This document shows positions 38,079-50,460 of a stretch of DNA of 64,000 nucleotides, in pieces (the first letter of the stretch is position 1; each line of letters starts with the position of its first letter). Source of the stretch: Macrostomum lignano (Eukaryota). The notes under the pieces are model-generated. The model saw only the letters and a program-made list of their open reading frames with translations, was not told where the DNA came from and made no database searches. A program made the position numbers and the translations under genes. The stretch covers positions 1-64,000 of the forward strand of contig NIVC01001886.1 of NCBI GenBank assembly GCA_002269645.1, read 5' to 3'.

Positions 38079-38297
38079 GAGGGGTTCTAGCCTAGAGCTT
38101 CGGACTCACAACTGAAAGGTCGGGGGTTCGATTCTCGACTAAATCGGGACAATGTGTCCTTGAGCCTCTGCACTGGTTCAGTTCACCCAGCTGTAAAATA
38201 GATGCCAGCATTAGCTGGGGTAATTGTGGGTGTGTGGCGACCCCCAGTCTTTCAGCTGGCGGTTGCCGCCCCAATAGGGCAGGTGTAATCAGTAATC
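38079..38297 (+). mobile_element. tRNA-derived SINE, copy C (internally deleted)
   Basis: tagcctagagcttcggact...ggggttcgattctcgac head; cacccagctgtaaaatagatgccagcattagctggggtaattg centre; gggcaggtgtaatca tail. Confidence 0.8.
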
Positions 38298-39154
38298 TTT
38301 AATCCTGCGTCTTGTAGCTCAGTTTTGTCTTCTTAAACAGTCAGTGAGTTGTCAATCAAGTTGATAGCTAAGCCGATCAATAACCATAATTTACTGGAGC
38401 AGCCACTGCCATAGAGGGTCGATCAATCATTGGCAATCAATAGGGGTTAGTTTCATAAAACATAAATATTTATAGCCAAATTAATGGCCAAGGCCAAATC
38501 AAGTCGTGAGCAAACGCACTCTTTGGCACAGTATATTCTGTGCTCTTTGGTTCTGAAAATATTAAAAGAACAATCATTGAGTTAAAAAGGCGCTCACATT
38601 TTTACATTTTCGTTATTTGAGATCATGTGCTACAAGAAGCAGCGTTTTAATAATTTTTTACTAAAATGTCTAGTAGACTACTGCTGCAAGACAATAAGTA
38701 GTGTAGTAAGTAAGTACTGTATGATATCGTTTTTTTCAAATTTTTAAAAATCCTGGTTTTTCAGTGTCAGTTTCGTTTCATGCTTTCAGTTAATAAAAAA
38801 CATATCAATCCTTTGTCTATGTACATACATATGACCATATTTTGGCATTCACAAGCTTGCTACCCCAACGGTGCCAAAGTTATGGGTGCCAATGATTCTC
38901 TATACTTTTTATGCATAACTATTTTTATAGCATTTAAATTTGATTATAATACCCGTGAGAATGCTGCTGCGTCTACTAAAAGTAGGACCCAGCAGATTCA
39001 AGCAATGTTTACTGTTGTTTTCATTTTTTAAATTCAGATTTTTACTTACGATTCTTTTGGAGGGAAAATATTTGCTTTAAACTGGCCACTAGGGCATTAG
39101 TGCCGATGCGAGCGCCATACTGAAGCACGGGCCGCCAGCAAGGGGCGCTAGCTT

Positions 39155-39840
39155 GGGAAGAGTACATACGGGAAGAGTACATACGGGAAGAGTACATACG
39201 GGAAGAGTACATACGGGAAGAGTACATACGGGAAGAGTACATACGGGAAGAGTACATACGGGAAGAGTACATACGGGAAGAGTACATACGGGAAGAGTAC
39301 ATACGGGAAGAGTACATACGGGAAGAGTACATACGGGAAGAGTACATACGGGAAGAGTACATACGGGAAGAGTACATACGGGAAGAGTACATACGGGAAG
39401 AGTACATACGGGAAGAGTACATACGGGAAGAGTACATACGGGAAGAGTACATACGGGAAGAGTACATACGGGAAGAGTACATACGGGAAGAGTACATACG
39501 GGAAGAGTACATACGGGAAGAGTACATACGGGAAGAGTACATACGGGAAGAGTACATACGGGAAGAGTACATACGGGAAGAGTACATACGGGAAGAGTAC
39601 ATACGGGAAGAGTACATACGGGAAGAGTACATACGGGAAGAGTACATACGGGAAGAGTACATACGGGAAGAGTACATACGGGAAGAGTACATACGGGAAG
39701 AGTACATACGGGAAGAGTACATACGGGAAGAGTACATACGGGAAGAGTACATACGGGAAGAGTACATACGGGAAGAGTACATACGGGAAGAGTACATACG
39801 GGAAGAGTACATACGGGAAGAGTACATACGGGAAGAGTAC
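39155..39840. repeat. Perfect 15-bp tandem repeat (gggaagagtacatac), about 45 copies
   Basis: No variant unit seen by eye; explains the MYSSR, GRVHT and VCTLP ORFs. Confidence 0.97.
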
Positions 39841-39911
39841 GGCTGTTAAAAGTCCCAAACATTATATGGATTCTATTTTTTAAAGCTTTCTGCACAAGAA
39901 GGACCTATTAT

Positions 39912-40750
39912 TTCGCTATCTAGGGGGCGCCAGAGATAAACACGGAGCGCTATTTAGGGGGCGCCAGAGAGGAGCAAGGAGCGCTATTTAGGGGGCGCCA
40001 CAGGAACATGCACGGAGCGCTATCTCGGGGCGCCACGGGAGCATGCGCGGAGCGCTATCTAAGGGGCGCCACAGGAGCTGAGGAGCATGCACGGAGCGCT
40101 ATCTAAGGGGCGCCACAGGAGCTGAGGAGCATGCACGGAGCGCTATCTAAGGGGCGCCACAGGAGCTGAGGAGCATGCACGGAGCGCTATCTAAGGGGCG
40201 CCACAGGAGCTGAGGAGCATGCACGGAGCGCTATCTAAGGGGCGCCACAGGAGCTGAGGAGCATGCACGGAGCGCTATCTAAGGGGCGCCACAGGAGCAT
40301 GCGCGGAGCGCTATCTAAGGGGCGCCACAGGAGCTGAGGAGCATGCACGGAGCGCTATCTAAGGGGCGCCACAGGAGCTGAGGAGCATGCACGGAGCGCT
40401 ATCTAAGGGGCGCCACAGGAGCTGAGGAGCATGCACGGAGCGCTATCTAAGGGGCGCCACAGGAGCATGCGCGGAGCGCTATCTAAGGGGCGCCACAGGA
40501 GCTGAGGAGCATGCACGGAGCGCTATCTAAGGGGCGCCACAGGAGCTGAGGAGCATGCACGGAGCGCTATCTAAGGGGCGCCACAGGAGCTGAGGAGCAT
40601 GCACGGAGCGCTATCTAAGGGGCGCCACAGGAGCTGAGGAGCATGCACGGAGCGCTATCTAAGGGGCGCCACAGGAGCTGAGGAGCATGCACGGAGCGCT
40701 ATCTAGGGGGCGCCAGAAAGAAGCACGGAGCGCTATCTAGAGGGGCGTCA
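39912..40750. repeat. 44-bp (and 36-bp variant) GC-rich minisatellite
   Basis: ggagcgctatctaaggggcgccacaggagctgaggagcatgcac; the short variant lacks one gagctgag. Confidence 0.94.
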
Positions 40751-42819
40751 GGGACCACAAAGCAGCTAGATATAACCCCTAGATATAAGTCTACGGGTTA
40801 GAGACCATTAGAGGTTCAAGGCGCCAGACCAGTGCACACAGCTGCTGTCTCCAATGTTCTTCATCAATCTGCATCAAATATAGCGCAGCTTCAGAGCTTA
40901 TCAATCGACTCTTTCACGGTTCGCAGGCCCAAGTAAAACTTTCCCCAATTTTAACTGAGTGATTGATTTTTTTGTATTTTTTAAGGAAGAAAAGCTAAAA
41001 AAGAGCTGTCATCATATCATCATCATCTATCGAAATTAGCATAATTCATTGAAAAACTCCGACATGAATAATTCATCAGCAACTCAATCGAAGTGCTCAG
41101 AAAGTCTAATTCAAACTTCCGGCTTGGAGTTGGAGTAGGTGATGATGGAGCTGTGAGGCTGGGCGGCTGACGCAAATGTGCTAATACATGTAAAACTATA
41201 CCCCCTGCCCAATACTTCCAAAGAATTTTCTTTTTCTTCAAAGCCAAAAAGCAATGGGATGCCAGGGATAAATTGCCGGGGTGACGTCACGCATGGGGCA
41301 AGAATGAGCAGACAAAATTCGAGGTGCAAATGTCAGATCTCCGAGCTGGCAACCCCCCCCCCCAAAATCGCTCTCTGCTCCAACAACCGCACCCGACAGC
41401 TCAGGATTTGAGCATCGAACACGTCGATCTTGATTTCCAGCTGACTCCCCTCTATCATCATCCAGTCTCGCTGTGAAATGAAATTTGAGTCGCCGCACTT
41501 ATCCGAGTTGAATGCCAGGGGGGATTGGGGCGGGGGGGTCGGGAGCGATCAGCTGACTCTGGCGCAACCTTTGGCTGTGGGATATAGATAGGCGGCCCTG
41601 TCTGAGGCCTCCGGCGCCTCCCCCCAGTGTCTCAAGTCCTGCAGCCCTGCCGGGTGACTCAGCGCCCCTGTTCTCAAATGAGGAGTGGAAGGTTGGGGAT
41701 CTGGGATATTATATAGGAGCGGCCTAGACGCCCCCTTCCATCATCACACATCCATTTAGCAATCCAGCCTCCCGCGCCCCCGCCTCATCGAAAGCGTTTT
41801 TGTCTCCGGGCGTCGAGCGCCCCCTGCCTCCGTCAAAGCCCCTTGCTTCCATTCCTTGCGCATTCAGCCTGAATGGAGAATAATGGGGGATTTCTATTAA
41901 GCTCTCCCCATCTCTCTGCAGCCGGGGGTTGCGTGCTCAGCAGACCCATATTATGGATTTGGAAATCGAGGCAAAAACTGGGAAGGCAAAACTATTCAAG
42001 CCCGAAGCTGGTCCATTCTTTTTTCTAAATTCCTTGGCTTTTTTATTCAATCCTGCCCCGGTACACTTGGCCAGCTGGGACCATTGTTGAGCGGCAGGCG
42101 AATGGTTTTCAATGGCTGCAAGGGCCTCTATATATGAAGTTGTCAGTCCTTATGGAACAATGAAGTCCTTAAACAGCACGCAGTCTTCATCTCACGGGGA
42201 CTCTAGGATGAATCATTGTTAGATTTATCTTATATAGTTTTGCAGCAAAAGGAATCGTTATAATAGAGAAAAGTGGCCTTTGTCACATGTCACTGGTCGG
42301 TTTGGACCATAGACATTGATGGATTGGAGGTCCCGAGTGTGCCGACTGTGTATTTTAGCTGCATGGCGCAGGAAGTTTCTGTTAGGCAAGGCATTGGTCC
42401 GCCTTCATTTGGATGTTTTTCTCACGGAAACTTGTGCCAGAGAAGGGAACTGCCTGTTGGGGGGGGGGGCTATACAGGTATCATGCTGCTTGGGACACTT
42501 CCTCCTCGGCCCCCCACTTGTTCAAACACAAGTGTGTCTCCCTACTTTGGAACACGATAGCGCTAGCTACAGCAGGCAAAGAAAACGTATCAGATAGTTG
42601 TAATCGGAGTACTTAGGCTACGTTGCAGGAACTGTTATTAGCAATAATTAGTTGTTTAAAAATAGCGTTGCTACGCCAAAGCTTCACATCCGCATCTAAT
42701 CAGCGCTATTCATTTGATCCGAAATTATTCAGGACTGAGATTGCTTTCAGTTTGAAACTGGACTGGCTGGTTGCAGCAGGCCAACAACACACAGCTTTGC
42801 ATTGTTGCATGGACTCCTG

Positions 42820-43110
42820 AGAAGGAGAGTAGGGTATGGAGGAAAGAGAGGAGTAGGGGAGAGAGAAAGAAGGAACAGGGAGACACGGAGAGAGAGAGAG
42901 AGAGGATAGAGCAAGGACAACTAGACTTGACTATATATAACGAAGTGTTCCTAGTGGTCCTTGGAATAGAGATAGAGAAAGAAAAGAGAGGAGTGAAGGA
43001 GAGAGGGAAGGGATGGAGATGGAGAGAGTGAAGACAGGGAAGAGGGAGAGAGGAAAGGGATGGCGATGGAGAGAATGAAGAGATGGAGAGAGAGAGAGAG
43101 AGAGAGACTG
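42820..43110. repeat. Purine-rich (GA) low-complexity tract
   Basis: Two GA-rich blocks ending in (GA)n at about 43087-43106. Confidence 0.8.
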
Positions 43111-45294
43111 AGCAGGAGGCGGGAGTGCGTCAGCAGCCTGAAGCACCGAGCACCAACGCAATGGAACAGCGAGTGCCAACGCTGGGGTAGCGCGAGAGTC
43201 GCATATTAAAAGCCCCCAGCTTTTGAAATTTAACAATTGCGCCTCAGGCGGAGGCAGGCATAGTCGGAGGCCCGGATCCAGAGTCAGCTCAAGCGCCTAG
43301 GAGTGAAGGCAGGGGGGGAAGGGCGCCCCATGGTGCCTTGTCACAACTGCAACCTCCTCACAAATTCCAATAGCTTAGCCGATGCCCCAATTCAAAGGCT
43401 TCCTTCTGCCATTATCCCGTAATTAGGGAAGGGGCTTTGGTTGAGTTGGCGAGCGAGGGCTTCAGGATGCGGGGGGAGCGGCTTGAGCACTCCCAGTGAG
43501 AGAAGAACTGGGTCAGAAAATTGCTGATGAGACGGACGACGCAACCAAAGGCTGCGCAACTCCGAGAGCACACAGTCATGCAATTTGTTTGGGGATCCAC
43601 GCCGGACACCTGGGGGGGGGGGGTAGGGAGGGGAGGGCTGAGCCGGCAGAGGGGGTTCGGGGAACTCCAGTCAGAAAAAATCCCAGCCCCCACGCAGCCC
43701 CGGTTCCTCCTGACGCTGCAGATCGTGAGTCAACCAGCTGTTGTGACAGGACTCCAAAGTCTTCAGCTCCAGATGGAGGATCGGAGCTTTGGAAAGCGGC
43801 CCCGCCTGAGGGTCGAGCCACCTGGGGGAGGATTTCTCAAGCACACACGCACGCATAGCATTGAGTCGTCTGGGGGGGTGAGGGCAGGGTTCTCTGTTTC
43901 CCCTTGTCAGGCAAAGCTGCCTCCGGAGCCGCTCCGCTAAGCTAAGCCTCCATATGTCCGCTGGGGGGAAACCGGGGGAGGGCGCCCCACCACTGCTCTC
44001 CCTGCCTGTCCCATGGGGCTGTCAACTCAGGAATGGGGCCTTTACTAAATCGGATACTCCAGTGAGTCAGTCAGCTGGACGCCTCGGGTTAGAAATCTGG
44101 ACTGGACGGTCATTTTCTAGACATCTTTTAGTTTAGAATCAGGGACGTCTCGGGTTATAAATCTGGAAGGTCATATTCTTTCATTCATTTTCTCTCTTTG
44201 AGGTCTTCGGGTCGGGTCCTCTAAAACTTCACTATTAGCAATCCGACCCGTTCAAGGTTTTTGTCTCTTCTCAGCTCTCTTCTGTCTTCTCTCCCATCTT
44301 CTCTCACTTATCTCTCATCTCTTCCCTCGTCACATCCTTCCTGTTATCTCCTCTCTCACCTTTTGCTCTATTCTCTCCTCGCTTCTCCTAATCTCTAATC
44401 TCTATTCCAACTTCTTTCCTCTCTCAGCTGGCCCCGCGCTAGTGAGGCATGAGCTAGATTATTTATCTGACCCTTGAAGTAAAAAAAAACTTTTTGGGGA
44501 AATACTCCCCTGACCAGGTGCACGAGGTTGCAGTGTGTGTGTGTATGTGTGTTCTCCTTTTCCGCTTCCTGCCTGCGCACGGCTTCGGGGATTTTTCTCA
44601 TTGTTTTGTTGAAGTTTTGAAGGCTCGAAGGCTGGCTGTGTGTTGATAAAACTGGCCCAATTTGTTTGCAGGCCCATCATCATGTCGGCTCACAGCCAGT
44701 GCAGACCAGGTGAGGCAACAGCAAACACGTCATGCCTATATACACATAGCTATACTCGTAAGTGTCGAATCGGGCTTGGTAACGGCATAGCAACCCGAAA
44801 TCCACAATGACATGAGCACCCATATCATTGATACCTTAGCTTCATCCAACCCCTCTGTTGAAACAGGAATCTTATATTATATCCACATAATATCCCAATT
44901 TATTGTCCCAGCTCAAACTGAAACCCCGACCCCCTCTGTGCAGCCAGCAAGCAAGGACCCCCAGCAACTCGTCCCAGGTGCTTTTGTGCGTGCGTGCTCC
45001 AGCTTTACCCCTGATATCAGCTGGGGTTCCCATGCAAGTATCTATAGATAGATAGCTATAGGCAAACAAATGTGTTGCATGCAGTGTATTCTGCCGGCTT
45101 GAACATGATAGAATATAATGTATACAGTACATGCTTATTCTAATTAGCTGGCTGTGTGAGTTATCCAGAGCTCCATAGAGTCTCTAATGATTTCGAATGA
45201 ATAGCATATAGTCATATTCATACTGATGCCGATGTAATTTGGCACCTTGCAGATCCAATAGCGCACCGCCTCAGATCCAAAATGACAACCCGTA

Positions 45295-46443
45295 TATCCA
45301 AAATGGCTCCTACTCAGATCCAAAATGGCTCCTACTCAGATCCAAAATGGCTCCTACTCAGATCCAAAATGGCTTCTACTCAGATCCAAAATAGCTCCTA
45401 CTCAGACCCAAAATGGCTCTACTCAGATCCAAAATGGCTTCTACTCAGATCCAAAATGGCTCCTACTCAGACTCAAAATGGCTCCTACTCAGATCCAAAA
45501 TAGCTCCTACTCAGACTCAAAATGGCTCCTACTCAGATCCAAAATGGCTTCTACTCAGATCCAAAATGGCTCCTACTCAGACTCAAAATGGCTCCTACTC
45601 AGATCCAAAATAGCTCCTACTCAGACTCAAAATGGCTCCTACTCAGATCCAAAATGGCTTCTACTCAGATCCAAAATGGCTCTACTCAGACCCAAAATGG
45701 CTCCTACTCAGATCTAAAATAGCTCCTACTCAGATCCAAAATAGCTCCTACTCAGATCCAAAATGGCTCCTACTCAGATCCAAAATAGCTCCTACTCAGA
45801 TCCAAAATGGCTCCTACTCAGACCCAAAATGGCTCCTACTCAGATCCAAAATGGCTCTACTCAGACCCAAAATGGCTCCTACTCAGATCTAAAATAGCTC
45901 CTACTCAGATCCAAAATAGCTCCTACTCAGATCCAAAATGGCTCTACTCAGATCCAAAATGGCTCTACTCAGACCCAAAATGGCTCCTACTCAGATCCAA
46001 AATAGCTCCTACTCAGATCCAAAATGGCTCCTACTCAGACCCAAAATGGCTCCTACTCAGACTCAAAATGGCTCCTACTCAGATCAAAAATGGCTCCTAC
46101 TCAGATCCAAAATAGCTCCTACTCAGACCCAAAATGGCTCCTACTCAGATCCAAAATGGCTCCTACTCAGACTCAAAATGGCTCCTACTCAGATCAAAAA
46201 TGGCTCCTACTCAGATCCAAAATGGCTCCTACTCAGACCCAAAATGGCTCCTACTCAGATCAAAAATGGCTCCTACTCAGATCCAAAATGGCTCCTACTC
46301 AGACTCAAAATGGCTCCTACTCAGATCAAAAATGGCTCCTACTCAGATCCAAAATGGCTCCTACTCAGACCCAAAATGGCTCCTACTCAGATCAAAAATG
46401 GCTCCTACTCAGATCCAAAATGGCTCCTACTCAGATCCAAAAT
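45295..46443. repeat. 22-bp minisatellite (ccaaaatggctcctactcagat)
   Basis: About 50 units; explains the MAPTQIQNGSYSDPK ORFs. Confidence 0.95.
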
Positions 46444-47644
46444 GGCGGTTTTAAGAAGATGCGGCTGCCAGATCTCACGCAAAAACCTCTCATGGTGCTT
46501 CCCATGAACTTTGCACCCATTCTTATCTATCAATTTTTAGTTCCTATTCTTACTGCAGAAGAAATTTCCTTTTCAGAAATCGCTTTGGAAAGCAAATCTT
46601 GAGTAATGAATCCAGAGCTCAGTGACTCACGCCAGCGCTAAGAAGAGAAGGTCCCCACCAGAAATTTGCTTTGGCTTTGTGAAGCAGCTTTTCATAAGAC
46701 CAGTATACTACGAGCGTATATTATAGTTATAATTCTACTAGTAATGTAGTTCTAGTTCTTAGTTATAGTAGTTCTAAATTATATTTATACTATAGTATAA
46801 TTTATTATAGTATATTTACAGTTGTACGAGTAGAGAAGCGAAACCTTTGGCCCTCTTCCCCTGCCTCGTTCACCACTTCAGTCCTGCAGGCGTGGGGGTG
46901 GGTATGTTGGAGACAGATGAGGATCTGACCAAAAATGAAGGAAAGGCCTGCAGGATCTTTTCCGCAGCAAGGGTCTGAGAAGCATTTGAGAAGCATTGGG
47001 ATAGGGGAGAGGTGAGAGAGATAAAGGAAGGAAGGGGCCAGGGGTTCCCAGGCCCAGTTCCCAGCGAGCCGAGCAGTTCTTCACCCACGCCCGATGACTC
47101 AGACGGACTTGACCGGGACGGTGGGGGTTGGGGGGCTTCACAATCCTGCTTTGGCATTTACCATGCTGTGTGTTGTTTAGCATGCAGAAATACTGCACTC
47201 AGTCAAAAGGCATACTAGTCAGTCAACTCAGTCAACTGACATGTCGGTGATGAGTGCATGATGATGATAAGTTGAGAGCGGACAGATGGCGTAGAAGTAT
47301 GCATACCGGGTGAAACTCAACTGCATCACGGAGCTGGTGGCTTTAAATGATCTAGGAAATTTGGTCTAAGATGCCTATCACCTATTTCTCTATATCCACA
47401 TACAGAATAGCACTCAAGGATGAGATGACTGCAAACATAAGCTCGGGCTGAGTGAGCGCATCTGAGAGTTTGTTCAAAACAAACGATGATGCCCGATAAA
47501 ATAAAATTTACGATTTCTATACATAAGAGGTCACAATCTCAATGACAGATTTTGCAGTCTGTGTATATTCTTGTTGACTTTTACGAGTATATTTCAAAGT
47601 GATGGTCTGCATCTGCACTTGAGCGATGCTTTCTATTGCTTGTA

Positions 47645-47810
47645 GACTCATTTTAGCGCCACGGGCACTCATTTTAGCGCCGAAGTCACTCATTTTAGCG
47701 CCGCAAGCCCTCATTTTAGCGCCGCAAGCCCTCATTTTAGCGCCGCAAGCCCTCATTTTAGCGCCGAGGGCACTCATTTTAGCGCCACAAGCACTCATTT
47801 TAGCGCTGCC
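47645..47810. repeat. 21-bp minisatellite (ctcattttagcgccgcaagcc)
   Basis: About 8 units. Confidence 0.88.
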
Positions 47811-47837
47811 ACACTCATTGTTCTAGCGACATAAACG

Positions 47838-48280
47838 CTTATGTCAGTGCTTATGTCAGCTCAGTGCTTATGTCAGTGCTTATGTCAGTGCTTATGTCAG
47901 CTCAATGCTTATGTCAGTGCTTATGTCAGCTCAGTGCTTATGTCAGCTCAGTGCTTATGTCAGTGCTTATGTCAGTGCTTATGTCAGCTCAATGCTTATG
48001 TCAGTGCTTATGTCAGCTCAGTGCTTATGTTAGCTCAGTGCTTATGTCAGTGCTTATGTCAGCTCAGTGCTTATGTCAGCTCAGTGCTTATGTCAGTCCT
48101 TATGTCAGCTCAGTGCTTATGTCAGTGCTTATGTCAGCTCAGTGCTTATTCAGTGCTTATGTCAGCTCAGTGCTTATTTAGTGCTTATGTCAGCTCAGTG
48201 CTTATGTCAGTGCTTATGTCAGCTCAGTGCTTATTTAGTGCTTATGTCAGCTCAGTGCTTATTCAGTGCTTATGTCAGCT
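47838..48280. repeat. 12/17-bp composite satellite (cttatgtcag[ctcag]tg)
   Basis: Mixed units; explains the MSAQCLCQ ORFs. Confidence 0.92.
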
Positions 48281-49364
48281 ATATCGGTTCAAATTCGATA
48301 AGTGTAATAACTATAGTATCGAGATAATTCGGCATGCCGCTGTGACGCCGAATGGAGACAGGCTTCAGCCTTCATGGATGGCTAAACGCGTCTGCGCATA
48401 GGGAAGTCCGGGTGACAAGGGGGGTTGGTTCAGGATGGAGGACCGATTTCTTGTTACCAAGGCACTAAAAGGTATTAGTATTCTGAGCATTCTGCTCGAT
48501 GCTATGTATAATATTAAGCAGCTATCACAGAGCATTCTGCACGCACTGGGGCAAACCAATCGAACCACGCCCCCTTTACCCCCCTCATTTTCCCTTCGTC
48601 TGTCCTCACGTTTTGACGACCTGATGGCAGAGTCGCTAGCCGCGGCAGTATCCAAATAGATAAATTCATATGCATTTATTCCCAAATTTCTTAAAACGCT
48701 CGATCCCCCAGTTTTCCATTTCTTCATTGCTCAATTCTTCTTTCCTTTCGAGTTTGCGCAATTTGCACAGAAATTGGCCAATTTTCGCTTTTATTACGGC
48801 GGCTTAATAATAGTGCAATAATAACTCACACCTTGAGCAAACCCCCAAATAATATTTGTTGAATGAATACAACTGCTACCAACACAGGCTGCTGCACAAG
48901 CAGTCGTTGCGTGAATGCATGGCCATATACATTTATAATAGCATAAAATTTCAAGTCATGCAGGTTCCATGAGAACGATCCCATTGTTATATAGTCATGC
49001 TGCCTTGCATATGGGCGACAGTTTGTGTAGCATAATAGCCTGGGGAACTTTTAGTATCCGGGCGACCCCCACCCCCCTCAGTCAGCTGGATCAAATCAGA
49101 TTTTCACAAATCCAAATATAATTAGCTTATAATAAATGCATATGATAAATAGTCGACTCAATGTTATTATCACATCATTTTGCGGAGAACTTTTTCGGCT
49201 TATACTAAATTATGGAATATAGTATAACCCAAAATATTCCGTCTTGTTAACGGACAACTGGTAATTAATCACTTTAATAAATGACGATCTTTGTCCCTGT
49301 GGCGTCTCGAAGGGGAGTCATGGGATCATTGGGGTTATGACCCCCCCATAGACGGCCGACTAAT

Positions 49365-49530
49365 CTCCCCTTCGGCGCTAAACTCTTCCCTTCGGCGCTA
49401 AACTTTCCCCTTCGGCGCTAAACTCTCCCCTTCGGCGCTAAACTCTCCCCTTCGGCGCTAAACTCTCCCCTTCGGCGCTAAACTCTCACTTCTGGTGCTG
49501 AACTAGCGCCAAAATCTTCCGCTGGCGCTA
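49365..49530. repeat. 20-bp minisatellite (ccccttcggcgctaaactct)
   Basis: About 6-7 units; the core is the reverse complement of the core at 47645-47810. Confidence 0.85.
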
Positions 49531-50460
49531 AATTTATCAATAAAAAATTGTCCAACTGTCAATTGAAAATGATATCAAGGAAAGAAGCCACCAACCCACT
49601 GAGTTAATTATTGGATTCTTTAGGCGACCGTAGCAGCTCCGAATACAATTTCCAGCTAAACTATTGTATATTATATGATTATCGTTTCAATTATATCAAT
49701 GGAATAATAAATTTGTCTAAATACAATGTAATTAATTATTCAACAATTCATTCATTTGACCTGGACACACTAGTTTCAAGCTAAGGCCATAAGTGAGTGT
49801 CAAAAGTTCAGGTGAGAATGGTAAGACGGAACCCCTACTAAAAGGAAGAAGGCAGGCAAGCCTTCATTTCATGTACATTCATTCCTCCAGCGTTCTGTTG
49901 GGCCCTAACCCTAACTACAGGGGGGGTAACTCTACTTACTTGTGCTTGCAAGCATGGACCCCAATTCCTGGGAGGGACCAGAGCAGGGGGCTGTGGACGA
50001 TACTCCAGCCAACCAACCCCTTACACTCAATTTTATTACCCCCCCGCAATTCCTTTAACGCCACCAACCCTTGAAAGGGCGAAAACCCTTTCTCAACCAA
50101 TCCAGTCGCGGAGGGGGGTGGGTGCGAAGGGTCCAACGCCCCTCCCCCACGTGGGCAGCCCGGCACAGGCAGTCCCAGCCCCTGCGGGCAGCCCAGCCCC
50201 CCTGCGTCAGTGAGCAGAAAGAGGGGGGTTGGTGTGGGTGGGGATGGGTGCGTGCTGGTGGAGGGTTGTAAAAGCTTGGTTTTAACTTCCAAACTGGAGG
50301 CTTCCCGTCCTCAAACAGCGCTTTGGCAGCCATATTTTGTGAGATATTGTGAGAGATATTTATCATTCCGCGTGTTAGTTACAACACAGTCCGCCTTCCG
50401 TCAGAGCAAATTTCAAAGAATATTTTCTTAAATAAGTGGCTGCCAGTGACAGGCAGTATA

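Noticed and set aside
39042-39923. MYSSR, GRVHT, VCTLP and YVLFP repeat proteins
   Set aside because: A perfect 15-bp DNA repeat with no synonymous variation, open on both strands
43515-43570. CTGATGAG as a hammerhead ribozyme core (also CTGATGA at about 847, 16475, 58781)
   Set aside because: No stem II followed by GAAA and no flanking helices could be built
45282-46602. MAPTQIQNGSYSDPKW repeat ORFs
   Set aside because: Translations of a 22-bp satellite; the frame shifts with each unit
48365-48727. ORFs 48365..48727 (-) and 48435..48659 (+)
   Set aside because: No motif, no convincing splice context, and low coding-like composition
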